From NCBI RefSeq assembly GCF_001194135.2, contig NC_068987.1:35544575-35592411 (forward strand): 47,837 nt of DNA. Reading direction: 5' to 3'. Position numbers and translations under genes: made by a program. The DNA is from Octopus bimaculoides (taxonomy: Eukaryota). Below, in pieces: positions 36,769-47,837 of this stretch; the first letter of the stretch is position 1; each line of letters begins with the position of its first letter. The notes under the pieces are model-generated. The model made no database searches and was not told the origin of the DNA. It saw only the letters and a list, made by a program, of their open reading frames with translations.

Positions 36769-38016
36769 TGTGTGNNNNNNNNNNNNNNNNNNNNNNNNNN
36801 NNNNNNNNNNNNNNNNNNNNNNNNNNNNNNNNNNNNNNNNNNNNNNNNNNNNNNNNATATATACATATACAAGTTGTAGTGAATTCTGTTCTGTAACATT
36901 TTAATTCAGCTGAAACTAATTACATGTAGTCCTGCAGCTTTTTCGTGACTCTGTGACAGACTGATGTCCTTTTTTGCATGGATTAGTCATCGAATATTAG
37001 GTTCTTAAAAGTGCATTTAATTATCTTTCACGGGACCGCCAATAAGGCTTAATTTCTTACAGTACAATATTAATTTTACGACAAAAATCTCACCTGATGA
37101 GTTCCTACACAACACATGTGATCCAAAATTACAACCTTGGACGCTCCAATTTGAACATAAATTGTTTATTGGTCAGTTCAATTTCCTTACTCTTTCAGAT
37201 GTGACTAATCATATTCACTCTGTATCCAATCTTATATCTAACTCACAAAATCATTTGCTATTTTAAATTTTCGTCGTTGTTACTTCATTCTTTTCATCAA
37301 TAACATGTGATCATCAGCATTATCATAACCAACATTGTGAAAATTCCGTAGTGTCTTTAATATACTGATATTTACTAATTCGAAATGGTCTGTTAATTAT
37401 AACATGTAAGCTTGTTACTCACGGCTTTATCACGGTTTATCTTTCTGAAAATATGTTTTGATGAACAAGCTTCAGCTAATTCTTGCTTGTAACTTAGTCT
37501 ATAATTTGCTTTAATTAATATATTCACAAACTTTAAACCGCTAATATGAGTGATCTCTCTTCGTTTTGTACATTCAAATATCACTGCTCAATACAAAATC
37601 GAAGCTAAACAACTACAGATGTATGGGTTTCTTTGATATCATTTCGTCTCCTTACTAAACGGAGGCGAATCACATCGAAACGTATCTAGACACCGTTATA
37701 TGCCTATATTTTGTATTGAACGCTTAAACTTTAAAATCTTAAAGCAAAGCTAATATACTATAACATTTTATTTCAATATATGGAGACGTAGATCAATGCG
37801 ATTTATAGAAAACGTTACGCTCAGTGATTAGTTGAAGTTTGACTTCCCGTAATTGATGGCATAAAAATGCAAGTGCATATATGACGCACCCATTTTCAGT
37901 AAATATCCAAGAAAACACGATTTTAGAACATGAAGATTATTGGAAGCATAGCTTCTCATATGGTACGCTTGCTGATTATTAAGGAACATTGCCTTATAAG
38001 CCATCAATATAGTATA

Positions 38017-38875
38017 AGAAGGGTAGTCAAAAAGTATCCGACCTTTGGCCAAAAACAAGTAATATAAAAAAAACTCACTATTTTCATTTTGTCTCATTCA
38101 AAGTATTCACCTTGAGAGTCTACACACTTCTGCCTCCATTCCTTTTATTCCTGCCACTGCTGAAAACATTTCTGGAACTCACTTTTTGGGATGCTGTAGT
38201 GTTGTGCCGTTGAAGTGTGCTTAATGTTCTCTGTTGACTCCAATCTTCTCTCTTTGGGTGTCTTTTTTTTTTTTAGCATTGCAAATAGCCAAAAAGCATA
38301 CGATGCCAAATCTGAGAAGTACGAAGACTGACGAACAATTGGTGCGTTTTGTTTGACAAGGAATGCTTGGACGACGCGGGTGGAATGGATTGACTGAACT
38401 GACTAATTCCAACTTCGGCAACAATCACCTCAATAGTCACATTTCGAACATTTGCAACCATTTCTTCGTCTCTACTAGTCAATGGTCTGCCGCCAACATG
38501 TCTCACTGTCCACTGAAGTGCGGACATCTTTGAAGAGGTTGTGCCTCTCCTTTATTTCTTTTTCCATTAGCATCATCTATAAAGGCCTTCTGAATTTTCA
38601 CGGTAGTCTGGGCTAGCATATCACCTAATCTTTGGCAGAATTTGATACGCTCAATGCGCTCGGTAATCTTGACTGGAAAAGAAATACCGCACAACATACT
38701 CTTCACACCTGCACCCAACGCGTCAGTGCGGGCGGATGGCGTGACCTACAGAGACGAAACATTTTGCGCATGCTCAGAAATGAGGCGTCTACCAAATACT
38801 CATGGGGACTTTGTTAAAGCATATTTATTTTGTGCAAAAAGAATCAAGATCGGATACGTTTTTGACAACACCTCA
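38017..38875 (-). mobile_element. Internally deleted mariner transposon
   Basis: Imperfect TA-flanked TIRs sharing GTCAAAAA(C)GTATCCGA; N-terminal TERIERIKFCQRLGD..GRPLTSR..EVGIS joined to C-terminal YFSDLASYAFWLF (YSPDLAPxDFxLF motif). Confidence 0.88.
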
Positions 38876-38904
38876 TACGTACGCATGCATATGTACATAC
38901 TCAT

Positions 38905-39134
38905 TTACTCTTTTTACTTGTTTCAGTCATTTGACTGTGGCCATGCTGGAGCACCGCCTTTAGTCGAGCAAATCGACCCCGGGACTTATTCTTTGTAAGC
39001 CTAGTACTTATTCAATCGGTCTCTTTCTGCCAAACCGCTAAGTGACGGGGGACATAAACTCACCAGCTAGGGGGAGAAACACAGACACACAAACATACAC
39101 ACACACACACACAGACACAAACACACATACACAC

Positions 39135-39187
<53 letters not shown>
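38905..39187 (-). mobile_element. tRNA-derived SINE with internal microsatellite, 3' half
   Basis: Homologous to 42715-42900; runs into the gap. Confidence 0.88.
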
Positions 39188-39858
39188 NNNNNNNNNNNNN
39201 NNNNNNNNNNNNNNNNNNNNNNNNNNNNNNNNNNNNNNNNNNNNNNNNNNNNNNNNNNNNNNNNNNNNNNNNNNNNNNNNNNNNNNNNNNNNNNNNNNNN
39301 NNNNNNNNNNNNNNNNNNNNNNNNNNNNNNNNNNNNNNNNNNNNNNNNNNNNNNNNNNNNNNNNNNNNNNNNNNNNNNNNNNNNNNNNNNNNNNNNNNNN
39401 NNNNNNNNNNNNNNNNNNNNNNNNNNNNNNNNNNNNNNNNNNNNNNNNNNNNNNNNNNNNNNNNNNNNNNNNNNNNNNNNNNNNNNNNNNNNNNNNNNNN
39501 NNNNNNNNNNNNNNNNNNNNNNNNNNNNNNNNNNNNNNNNNNNNNNNNNNNNNNNNNNNNNNNNNNNNNNNNNNNNNNNNNNNNNNNNNNNNNNNNNNNN
39601 NNNNNNNNNNNNNNNTATATATATATATATATGACAAATGGTAAGAATTTGTTAAATCCGAAACCTGGTTCCTGTTTAATAATGATTTTTTTAGGTGATT
39701 TTAAATGTCTTGCCCGCTCACGTTTTTGGTATGCTGCTATATTTCATGTTGAGAACTTTTTTAGGTCTTAATAGACACAAAATGTGATCTATTTCTAGCG
39801 CATTAATTGTCCATGATAGTGGTCGACGTTATTTTTCAAATATATATATATACATATA

Positions 39859-40179
39859 GGAGCACTCCGTCGGTTATAACGACGAGGGTCCCAGCTGATA
39901 CGCTCAACGGAAGAGCTTGCTCGCGAAATTAACGTGCAACTCGCTTAGCACTCCAGAGACGCGTGTACCCAAAACGTAGTTCTCAGGGAGATTCAGCATG
40001 ACACAGGGTATGACAAAGCTGGCCCTTTGTTATTCAGGTATTGCTCATTTTTGCGAGCTGAGTAGACTGGAGCAATGTGAAATAAAATCTCTTGCTGAAG
40101 GACACAACGCGCCGGCGGAAATTGGACGCACTACCTTAAAATCGTGAGCAGAATGTCCTAGCCACTAATCCATGCACCT
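39859..40179 (-). mobile_element. tRNA-derived SINE with CORE-like central domain
   Basis: Minus strand: tRNA-like head, then GTTGTGTCCTTCAGCAAGA..TTTCACATTGCTCCAGTCTACTCAGCT (CORE-SINE-like). Confidence 0.7.
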
Positions 40180-40355
40180 TCATATATTTATACATATATA
40201 AAGGTTTAGATTTAGATTCAAAAATTGAATATGATACTTATGTATAGGCACCAGAATATAGTATGGTATGGTATTATATAAAAACCATTCCAAAAACTAG
40301 GTGATCAAAAAATCAAAATAAGCAACCCTCTTCAAAATCCTTGTTGCTTATTTTG

Positions 40356-40406
<51 letters not shown>

Positions 40407-41200
40407 CGGGGTGAGATGGGGAAGTTCTCACCATTGTTTATATTTTATTTCGCGTATGCGCAATGTTTGTTTTTTATTTTATTGACTACACACTATATTT
40501 GTGTCAACTCGGCGCCGTCCGTGAGGAAAACAGAATCATGATGCAATTCATTCTGCCAGACATTTGGAAATGACATGCTGTACTGCTTGGCATTCGCACT
40601 GGAAACTCTAAAACGAACGTTTAAGAATGTTTTGCTGTCAATTTGAGGACAGTGCAATCTGAGAACGTGTACCGAGTGTGATAAAATCAAACATCCTTTC
40701 AACACCATGGTGTTTGAAGTGATCACTGGTGAGGTGACGTTATGCCTCCCGTTCATCATCTCACATGGCCTCACACTCAATACGGAGGCGTACATCACGT
40801 GCCTAGAGGAAATAATGCTGCTTTGGGTCAAGAGGCTGGCTGATGGAAGACTATATGTCTGGCAACAAAGCTCTGCACTATGCCACATAAGCAAGAGAAT
40901 CCAGTCATGGCTGTCAGACAATTTCTGTGACCACATTACACCGAATATCTGGACACCTAACTCCCCTGACTGCATCTCATTTGATTATTATATGGGGGGT
41001 GCAGGTGCACGAAAAGCCAAAAAAAATAATTCTAATACCAAAGATAAACTGAAGGCAAAGATTCACCGACTTAAACAACGGGACCGTTCAGAAGATTTGC
41101 AGGAGATTCCGAAGCAGTTTGGAAGCCGTGGTTGAATCCAATGGTGATTTTTTAAATAAATTTACTCTTTAGTATTTCATGATATTTTTTATGTAATTTT
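40407..41200 (+). mobile_element. maT (DD37D) Tc1/mariner transposon remnant
   Basis: TA-CGGGGTG left end; ORF 40707-41135 has VWQQ(S)SALCH..WTPNSPDCISFDYY with 37 residues between the (mutated) second and third catalytic positions; HTH region deleted near 40680. Confidence 0.88.
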
Positions 41201-41342
41201 TGTAAATACAACTTTAAGATGGTGTCTCATACACACACGCAAACACACACACACAAACACACACACAAACATACACACACACATACACACCCAAACATAC
41301 ACGCACACACACACACACACACATACACACACTCACACACAA

Positions 41343-41818
41343 ACTTATATACTTCATTCACTCCAACGCCACCGTGAGCAATACAGCATTTGCACGATAT
41401 GCAGAATATACCACCAGCATTGCCCAAACGATCTCCACGTTAGCATCAAAATTCATCCAAGGCTAGGACCACGGGCTATAAGTCTCCTACACAATTCAGG
41501 ATCACATCACATACATACACTGCAACACAATTTCTTTTCCTCAACAGGCCCTGCCCTATTTTACATTGTTCCGAATAAGATCAGGGAAGAAGAGGATCCT
41601 ATTAACTATAAACGGAATCTGGACAAATTTCGACAAGCAATACAAGATAAGATACCTATACTCGGATACAACTCGCTCGATAAGAACGCTCGACTCGAAT
41701 GGACGATGACACCACAAAGCTTGAATTAAAAGGGTTTAAATAATCCTATCAATTGGTGCTATTAAGTTAGACATGCTTTGGTCCAATGTTTGGTCGAAAC
41801 ATATCTAAATTTATCTAA

Positions 41819-41820
<2 letters not shown>
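41343..41820 (+). mobile_element. CR1-type LINE 3' end
   Basis: Open frame 41343-41729 LHSLQRHREQY..HPRLGPRAI..FFSSTGPALF..YKRNLDKF..LEWTM*, then 3'UTR ending TATCTAAATTTATCTAAG. Confidence 0.75.
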
Positions 41821-41850
<30 letters not shown>

Positions 41851-42714
41851 NNNNNNNNNNNNNNNNNNNNNNNNNNNNNNNNNNNNNNNNNNNNNNNNNN
41901 NNNNNNNNNNNNNNNNNNNNNNNNNNNNNNNNNNNNNNNNNNNNNNNNNNNNNNNNNNNNNNNNNGGGTAGGCCAGAAAGAACACGACAAAAATCGATAT
42001 ATGGAAAATAGACGATAACATAACAAACGGGAAACTAGACAAAAACAAGATACACGGACCATTCGCAGAGGATTTCCTCACCATCCGGAAAGTTCTAGTG
42101 GTTTGTCATGTATTTATCCATAAGACCGCTCGAATCCGACAAATGCCAGTGCGTTAAACTAAAAGCATTCAGCTTCAGGGAAAAACAAACGAATGTATAC
42201 AAGCACAAAAACAAGAATGAAAAACAGAACAAGAATGCTAGAATGATACATATACAACTAAGGAACGCCTTTCGGTTAAACAACAAGACGAACATAATTG
42301 CACATTTACAAATAAATATACACACAGATTGCTAATTGAGCTGTTTTTAAATTGATGAATCATTTATCTACTCATCTCCATGAGACAATAAGACAAACTA
42401 ATGATTAGCTAAGCAGGTTTTATGTGTTACAAGCAATGTAACACACATTGTTTTAGTTATGAAATATTTGTAGCGTCTGTTCTTTACATTCACATATTTT
42501 TATCTGCTGCTTTACCAAATTTGGTTGTTAATCCTTGAAAAGTATGGTGACTGTCGGTTTATCGATATTTCTCTTGATTTTGGTGTCGACGAAGTGCAAT
42601 ACTTACGATGGTTTAATAAACTTCCTAAACCAGGCTGTTTGGATCGTAGTAAATACTTACTGAGTATTAATGCTCTCACACACACACACACACACACACA
42701 CAAATATATATATA

Positions 42715-42940
42715 TTCTTTTACTTGTTTCAGTCCTTTGACTTCGGCCATGCTGGAACACCACCTTTTAGTCTAACAAACATCGACCCCAGGGCTTATTC
42801 TTTGTAAGCCTAGTAGTTATTCTAACGGTCACTTTTGCCGAACCGCTACCTTACGAGGACGTAAACATGCCAGCATCGGTTGTCAAGCGATGTCTGTGGG
42901 GAGGGGGGTAAAGCACAAGCAAACAAACATACACACACAT

Positions 42941-42973
<33 letters not shown>

Positions 42974-43138
42974 CATATTTACGACGGGCTTCTTTCAGTT
43001 TCTTCTACCAAATCCACTCACAAGGCTTTGGTCGGCCGAGGATATAGTACAAGACACTTTCCCAAAGTGCCACGCAGTGGGACTGAACCCGGAACCATGT
43101 GGTTGGTAATCAAGTTACTTACCACACAGACACACCTA
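42715..43138 (-). mobile_element. Complete tRNA-derived SINE with internal (TA/TG)n
   Basis: Minus strand: A-box GTGTGGTAAGT, B-box GGTTCAGTCCC, central microsatellite, 3' end GACTGAAACAAGTAAAAGAA. Confidence 0.92.
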
Positions 43139-43985
43139 TACATACATTATACTTAGTTCGTATACTTCTATCTAGAACAGGGACATTCTAACGGACTAGT
43201 TTGCTAGTTACATGGTTAGTGATTGTACGTCACTCGATTTTCTATATATTGCAAACAAGGTCACACAATGCCATACCTAGCAAACGGCTGCACACCACTG
43301 AAGTGATTCCAAAAGACCAAAATCACTTCCTCTGGTAGTCTCTCAGCTAGGGTGGCAATGAATATCGAGTGCGGAGGTGCACTGAACAACCAGGTGGGGG
43401 AGATATCTTCCTGTAAGCTTAACATAACAGTATCGTTTGTTCTTAGAGAAAACACACTTGAAAGTGGCGAAAAACACTATATATATATATATATNNNNNN
43501 NNNNNNNNNNNNNNNNNNNNNNNNNNNNNNNNNNNNNNNNNNNNNNNNNNNNNNNNNNNNNNNNNNNNNNNNNNNNNNNNNNNNNNNNNNNNNNNNNNNN
43601 NNNNNNNNNNNNNNNNNNNNNNNNNNNNNNNNNNNNNNNNNNNNNNNNNNNNNNNNNNNNNNNNNNNNNNNNNNNNNNNNNNNNNNNNNNNNNNNNNNNN
43701 NNNNNNNNNNNNNNNNNNNNNNNNNNNNNNNNNNNNNNNNNNNNNNNNNNNNNNNNNNNNNNNNNNNNNNNNNNNNNNNNNNNNNNNNNNNNNNNNNNNN
43801 NNNNNNNNNNNNNNNNNNNNNNNNNNNNNNNNNNNNNNNNNNNNNNNNNNNNNNNNNNNNNNNNNNNNNNNNNNNNNNNNNNNNNNNNNNNNNNNNNNNN
43901 NNNNNNNNNNNNNNNNNNNNNNNNNNNNNNNNNNNNNNNNNNNNNNNNNNNNNNNNNNNNNNNNNNNNNNNNNNNNNNNNTATAT

Positions 43986-44145
43986 ACGACTGGCTTCTTT
44001 CAGTTTGCGTTTACCAAATCCACTCAGAAGGCTTTGGTCGGCCCGAGGCTATAGTAGAAGACACTCGCCCAAGGTGCCACGCAGTGGGACTGAACCCGGA
44101 ACCATGTGGTTGTTAAGCAAGCTACTTACCACACAGCCACTCCTG
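43986..44145 (-). mobile_element. 5' half of the same SINE family
   Basis: Near-identical to 42980-43138; the remainder is probably in the gap. Confidence 0.9.
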
Positions 44146-44180
<35 letters not shown>

Positions 44181-44210
44181 ATAATAATACTAATTATAAT
44201 AATAATAATG

Positions 44211-44726
44211 ATAATATAAATAATATGTAAACATATGCATATAGCCATACATATATGTGCATACCTACATCTATATGTATACATACATGCATATTTGGGT
44301 ACAGGACATCAAGTAGACGTTAAACACAATGAGAAACGAAAACATAAAGACGAAATCAGAAAACGAAGTTTTTTGGAACAACGGAAAAAAACAAAGAAAC
44401 GGGACATGCAACATAAAGAGTATACCCTTTCGTCAGTTGTCTCTGTTCATCTACTCCACGTTTCGAGGGCAAGGACAATACGCGACTGGAACAGGGACAA
44501 CTGATGAAGAGGAATATTCTTTATGTTGCACGTCTCGTTTCTTTGTTTTGTTCGTCGTTCGAAAAAAAATTCGTTTTCTGTTTTCGTCTTTATGTTTTCG
44601 TTTCTCATTGTGTTTAACGTCTACTTGATGTCCTGTACCCATATATGCATGGATGTATACATATAGATGTAGGTATGTACATATATGTATGGCTATATGC
44701 ATATGTTTACATATTATTTATATTAT
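44211..44726. mobile_element. Fold-back element with ~238-bp diverged inverted arms
   Basis: 44211-44448 is the reverse complement of 44489-44726; 40-bp spacer. Confidence 0.9.
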
Positions 44727-46577
44727 TATATGAACGAACACAACGCATTCTTTCCAAAGTTTTACATNNNNNNNNNNNNNNNNNNNNNNNNNNNNNNNNN
44801 NNNNNNNNNNNNNNNNNNNNNNNNNNNNNNNNNNNNNNNNNNNNNNNNNNNNNNNNNNNNNNNNNNNNNNNNNNNNNNNNNNNNNNNNNNNTATATATAT
44901 ATATATATATATATATATGTTCTTTGTGTTATTTCTTTTTCCTTGTTTTGCTTTCTCCCCACCCCGTCCCGTATATTATTCGCTGTTTCCCTTTTCTTTC
45001 TTTCGCCTCTAACAACTAACTTGCATAAGTATACACCAGGAGAGTTTGTGCGCGTGCATACAGATATATGTATTTGTATATATTTATGCTTTGACTATAT
45101 ATGTCTATATATGTAGGTAGCCACGTATCTACGTTTGTATGTTTAGTGTATATACGTATAAAATATATTGTCTGGTATGTGTATATATTGATAAATGTAT
45201 ATGTAATCTAGGTTGACATATTCTTAAACGGATATATCTTTTAATTTATTAATTTATTATTATTCTTACACATACTTATTTACACCGGGTATTCAGGCCT
45301 TCTTCCTTCTTTATAAGCTATTTTTGATTGAAGGTTATTTTTTCATTTTTATACTAATATGATTTTAAACCACAATTTGTTATTTCATGCAACCGGTTAA
45401 TGAAGAGACCGTTAGTTGAAAGGACCAATGAAACAAAGCAATTTTCAAACGGGCATCTATCAAAGTAATTGTATTTCTGCATATAATTTTATCTTGCTCC
45501 TTTCTAAAAAGAAACTGTCCGACGAACGGGAACATGAAACTCCGAGTAACAGATCTTGTGATATTTTTGCTTCCTTTGAATAAAAGTATATATGTGTAGT
45601 TATACACACACATACACTCACGCACACGCACACACACACGCAACACACACACACACATACACACACACGCACAAACACGCACACACGCACACACATAATG
45701 TATGTATATTTATTTCGTTTTAGGGTTTGGTTTAGAAGATTCTTTATGTGAATTAGTGTGTTGAAGCATATTCTCTTGTGCCTGAGGAGAATCATTCTCT
45801 GTTAGTACCTTATAATCTAACACACTCACTGGTAAAATTTCCACTCATTTACTTATTTATTTTTCTAAAATTTTCGTTACGTCTTGCAACCTTTTCAATG
45901 GTCGTTGACTCTGTTATTCAAGTTGCGTTCGTTTTGTTGTTCGTCTGCATGTGCGTGCGCATATGCATGTATGCATGCATGTAAGTGTCTGTATGCATGT
46001 ATGTGTGTGTCGGTATTTATATAGGTATGTGTGTGTGTACATTTGTGTGTATGCATTATGCATATTCATGTGTTTGTGTGTTCGTGTTTGTGTGTTTTCA
46101 TGCGCGTGTGTTTGCATGTGTGCGTGCCTGTATGTGTTTATACCTCTGTCTCCTTGTGTGTGCATATCTGAGATTGTCGTGTGCGTGTATGGGTTTTTGT
46201 GACTAAGTACTGTATCTGTATATAAGGATGTGCATCTCCACGTGTGTGGATGTGTTTTCATATGTGTCCTTGTGGGAAGTGAAGTGTGTGTGTTTATGGT
46301 CATGTTTTTCAGTCTTCATTTGCCTATGCCTGTGTGTGTGCTTCTCTATTCAAATTACCTATGTCCATATCCGTCTGTATCTCTATCGGTTTTCTTTCAT
46401 ATCAATTTGCTTACATACACGTGTATATACATATACACATACACACACATACATACATCTATCCACGTAACAGTCTAATAACTATTTTACCTGTACGTGT
46501 ATATAAATATAAACTGTGGGTATGGGTGTATGATTATGTACTACGTATATTTCCTCTTTAGTACTGGGGATGTTTTA

Positions 46578-47174
46578 TTAACGAGGACGTACTACTGTAT
46601 GTTTCTCAGTATTGGGTCGTTTGAGTGCTTGGATAAAATGCGGATGCCAATCTGACGCAGGTTGCCTACATGTTGGTCGTTGGCATATTAGTAGAGTATG
46701 GAGGACTGTTTTAATGTCGTTATATTGTCTCAAATGTACATTTAGTCTTTCCGCAATGCTCCTAGATGTCTCCCCTATATATGTCATTTTCATGTCTTTA
46801 CAAGCACCTTCTATGCATCTTATGCTGTAGACTACATTTCTAGCTCTACAGTTAATTCCACGGCTAATCCTACATACCATACAGTTATCATTGGTGCATG
46901 TGGTATTCTCAAAGAGATACGTCCTACATACTTCTGATCAGATGGATTTCCCTGGCTTTTCAACAATCTTAATGCTGAGTTTGGTTTCGTACAGAACTTT
47001 CCTAAATCTTCGAGCTAATTCTCCATGGGCTGAGTCCTCTACATACATCACTCCTTCATATTTGTCAGATTTATACCACGTGCTCACCCTGTTTGATTTG
47101 TCACAAGCTCGTCGCACAGTTTTGTTTACAATGGAGGACGATAACGTTATATAAACTCTTAGCGGAATTAACAT
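46578..47174 (-). mobile_element. Penelope-like element C-terminus (zinc motif plus GIY-YIG), Neptune/Naiad-like
   Basis: WYKSDKYEGVMYV..IKIVEKPGKSI*..CTNDNCMVC..NCRARNVVYSIRC..C..TYIGETSRSIAERLNVH; one in-frame TGA at 46938-46940. Confidence 0.88.
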
Positions 47175-47294
47175 ACCACGAAAGGAAGCATTTTTCTATC
47201 ACTTCTACACACCACGTTCCTTCGAGAATAGAACTGAAAGTAGAAATAAAAATAAAAGTGTATAAAAGTGTATAAAATAAAAGTGTATAACATT

Positions 47295-47530
47295 TTTATA
47301 CACTTTTATTTTTATTTCTACTTTTTTTCTCCTGTTTCCCTATATACTCCTTATTTGCTTCCTTTTCCAAAAAAGACTCTTCATATTGGACTCTAATAAT
47401 GCCCTCTATGTAACCATCACACATCCTCACTGATGAAGGCATAGCTCTAATATCCCAGAAACAGCTGTAAAACTAAGATTTTCTTTACAAATGTACTGAA
47501 AATTCCTCAGCCTTGATTTTCTTGACTCAT
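47295..47530 (+). ncRNA. PLE pseudo-LTR-like segment with a degenerate minimal hammerhead motif
   Basis: CTGATGA (47430-47436), A, GGCATA[gctctaa]TATCCC, A, GAAA, palindromic ACAGCTGT, A; stem I not restorable in this copy. Confidence 0.55.
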
Positions 47531-47536
47531 TTTATT

Positions 47537-47603
<67 letters not shown>

Positions 47604-47639
47604 GATTTGGAGTGAGTTCTCATTTTGCCATATGCCCAT

Positions 47640-47736
47640 GGGCGTATGCATAGTGGTTAAAAGCGCGACTCCTAACGCCAAGATTCCGAATTCGATTCCA
47701 AGCAGTGACCTTAACAACAACAACAAAAACAAAAAC

Positions 47737-47809
<73 letters not shown>

Positions 47810-47837
47810 TCGAAAAATACCTTAGGAATGAGAACGC
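47640..47837 (+). mobile_element. Third hammerhead-family SINE copy (head, linker, start of body; cut by window end)
   Basis: tRNA-like head homologous to 18972-19046, (AAC)n(AAT)n, then GAAAAATACCTTAGGAATGAGAAC as at 19465. Confidence 0.9.

Noticed and set aside
46938-46940. In-frame TGA as selenocysteine (reported for some Naiad PLEs)
   Set aside because: It falls outside the Cys motifs at a position expected to be Arg/Lys, so it is best explained as a nonsense mutation such as CGA to TGA; no SECIS identified.
1018-47738. Many ORFs in the track (poly-I/L/N/T, YIYI, CVCV, HTHT and X-containing)
   Set aside because: They are translations of microsatellites and N gaps.
1-47837. CRISPR array, rRNA or prokaryotic operon
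   Set aside because: No regularly spaced repeat-spacer units, rRNA motifs or gene-dense architecture.

Overview
AT-rich, microsatellite-dense eukaryotic DNA with 10 assembly gaps. The SINE types, repeat landscape and (AT)n-flanked gaps suggest an octopod genome (inference). No intact host gene is recognisable; most interpretable sequence is decayed transposable elements. These include at least five lineages of R4/Dong-like RLE LINEs (one near full-length ~4-kb copy inside an (AAT)n run), Penelope-like element (PLE) fragments of two apparent types, a Tx1-like and a CR1-like LINE fragment, an internally deleted Helitron, mariner and maT (DD37D) transposons, several tRNA-derived SINEs and two ~500-bp fold-back elements. 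The most notable observation is a SINE family with a tRNA-like head, an (AAT)n linker and a minimal type I hammerhead-ribozyme motif, seen in three partial copies. A PLE terminus in the window carries a similar hammerhead motif. Family assignments come from manual translation and remembered motifs, not from database searches.
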